Source: Phaeosaccion multiseriatum (taxonomy: Eukaryota; Protista; Ochrophyta, other classes). From it: a DNA stretch of 64,000 bases. The position numbers and the translations under genes were made by a program. The notes under the pieces were generated by a model, which was given only the letters and a program-made list of their open reading frames with translations, did not search any database and was not told where the DNA came from. Shown in pieces: positions 63,546 to 64,000 of the stretch (positions are counted from its first letter, which is position 1; each line of letters starts with the position of its first letter). Location of the stretch: contig OZ218957.1 of NCBI GenBank assembly GCA_965112735.1, forward strand, positions 930,001 through 994,000, read 5' to 3'.

Positions 63546-64000
63546 GTCCGTCTGCCTGCCCCTCTCCCTCTCTGTCCCTTCCTCTCTCTCCCCACTTACC
63601 TCCTGAACCTTGTCGAGAAGGAGGAGGACATTCCTCATGCGCTGCTGCCGCTCGTGAGCGCTCAGGGCCGTGAGTACGCTGTCGCAGTTGGAGGTCTGTG
63701 AACACAACACACACACATACACACACACGTCCATACATGCACGCACACACGCACACATAGACGCAGAGAGAAAGAACAGAGGCCGCAAAGATACAAGGGG
63801 CAAGACAAAAGGAGAGAAGGGGGTGACGCAAGGTGGAAGCGCGTGAGAGGAGGGGAGAGAAACACCCACCACCACCAACACCACCGCCCATCCACTGCCA
63901 TCCATCCCGGCACTTGCCCACTACCCACCCACTGCCATCCTTCTCACCTTGGCCGTGCGTAGACGCCGCCGCAGATTGGAAACTTGCACACCGAGCCGCA
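52189..64000 (-). CDS. VPS50: VPS50/syndetin (EARP complex subunit), multi-exon; the 5' end lies beyond the window
   Basis: Motifs LMHSHYLFTQWH, LKLDDF, LIALGEEFSG, TQASLNAVTRYMGHYLQMM, LVDFYLYSVF, NLYGLGERSVAIES, WDLK..NPYV and VEGFGRVKPCSMEGRALMLMDL..DYINAFY (syndetin C-terminal domain). Confidence 0.86.
53590..54037. repeat. (TCAC)n-based minisatellite with a recurring TCGGTCACTCACTAGCTTAC unit, filling the last VPS50 intron
   Basis: Directly visible. Confidence 0.9.
57115..57536. repeat. Tandem repeat, 76-bp unit x about 5.5, in a VPS50 intron
   Basis: Units start at 57115, 57191, 57267, 57343, 57419 and 57495 (GACAGCCACAAGGGTCCACAAGGGAGGGCTATG...). Confidence 0.95.
61478..61651. repeat. 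Tandem repeat, 17-bp unit (CTGTGGGGTATGTATGC) x about 10, in a VPS50 intron
   Basis: Directly visible. Confidence 0.95.

Overview
Eukaryotic nuclear DNA with intron-rich genes and GC-rich exons. Introns are packed with microsatellites ((GGGA)n, (GACA)n, (GAT)n, (GGAT)n, (CA)n), so most ORFs in the six-frame track are repeat artefacts. Gene content (IFT81, sigma-like GST, algal-type ankyrin family) suggests a flagellated protist, possibly a stramenopile alga; this is inference. Genes were reconstructed by hand from splice sites: an intronless multi-pass membrane protein, a GST, IFT81 (7 exons, minus), a kelch/FN3/Tudor-like protein, an ankyrin-like pseudogene, a coiled-coil protein, a PDZ-like+PUB protein, a possible beta-barrel protein, an N-terminal-motor kinesin, a second inverted GST copy with a frameshift, tRNA-Ser(TGA), an HRD1-type E3 ligase, mitoribosomal mL41, an APP1-like phosphatase with SH3-like repeats, and a 5'-truncated VPS50/syndetin. 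The most notable observations are: (1) a candidate -1 programmed ribosomal frameshift (in-frame G GGA AAT at 50832-50838, with downstream stems) joining two parts of the APP1-like gene; (2) a ~15-bp non-palindromic motif, TGTATCACCAACTGC, present about 20 times in introns and exons on both strands, usually interrupting (CAG)n tracts; (3) a ~2.3-2.7 kb inverted duplication carrying the GST that brackets a ~33 kb multi-gene block; (4) a 325-bp TIR element whose empty site is visible in the paralogous arm; (5) an isolated ~100-nt pre-miRNA-like hairpin. No database searches were possible, so family calls rest on recognised motifs.
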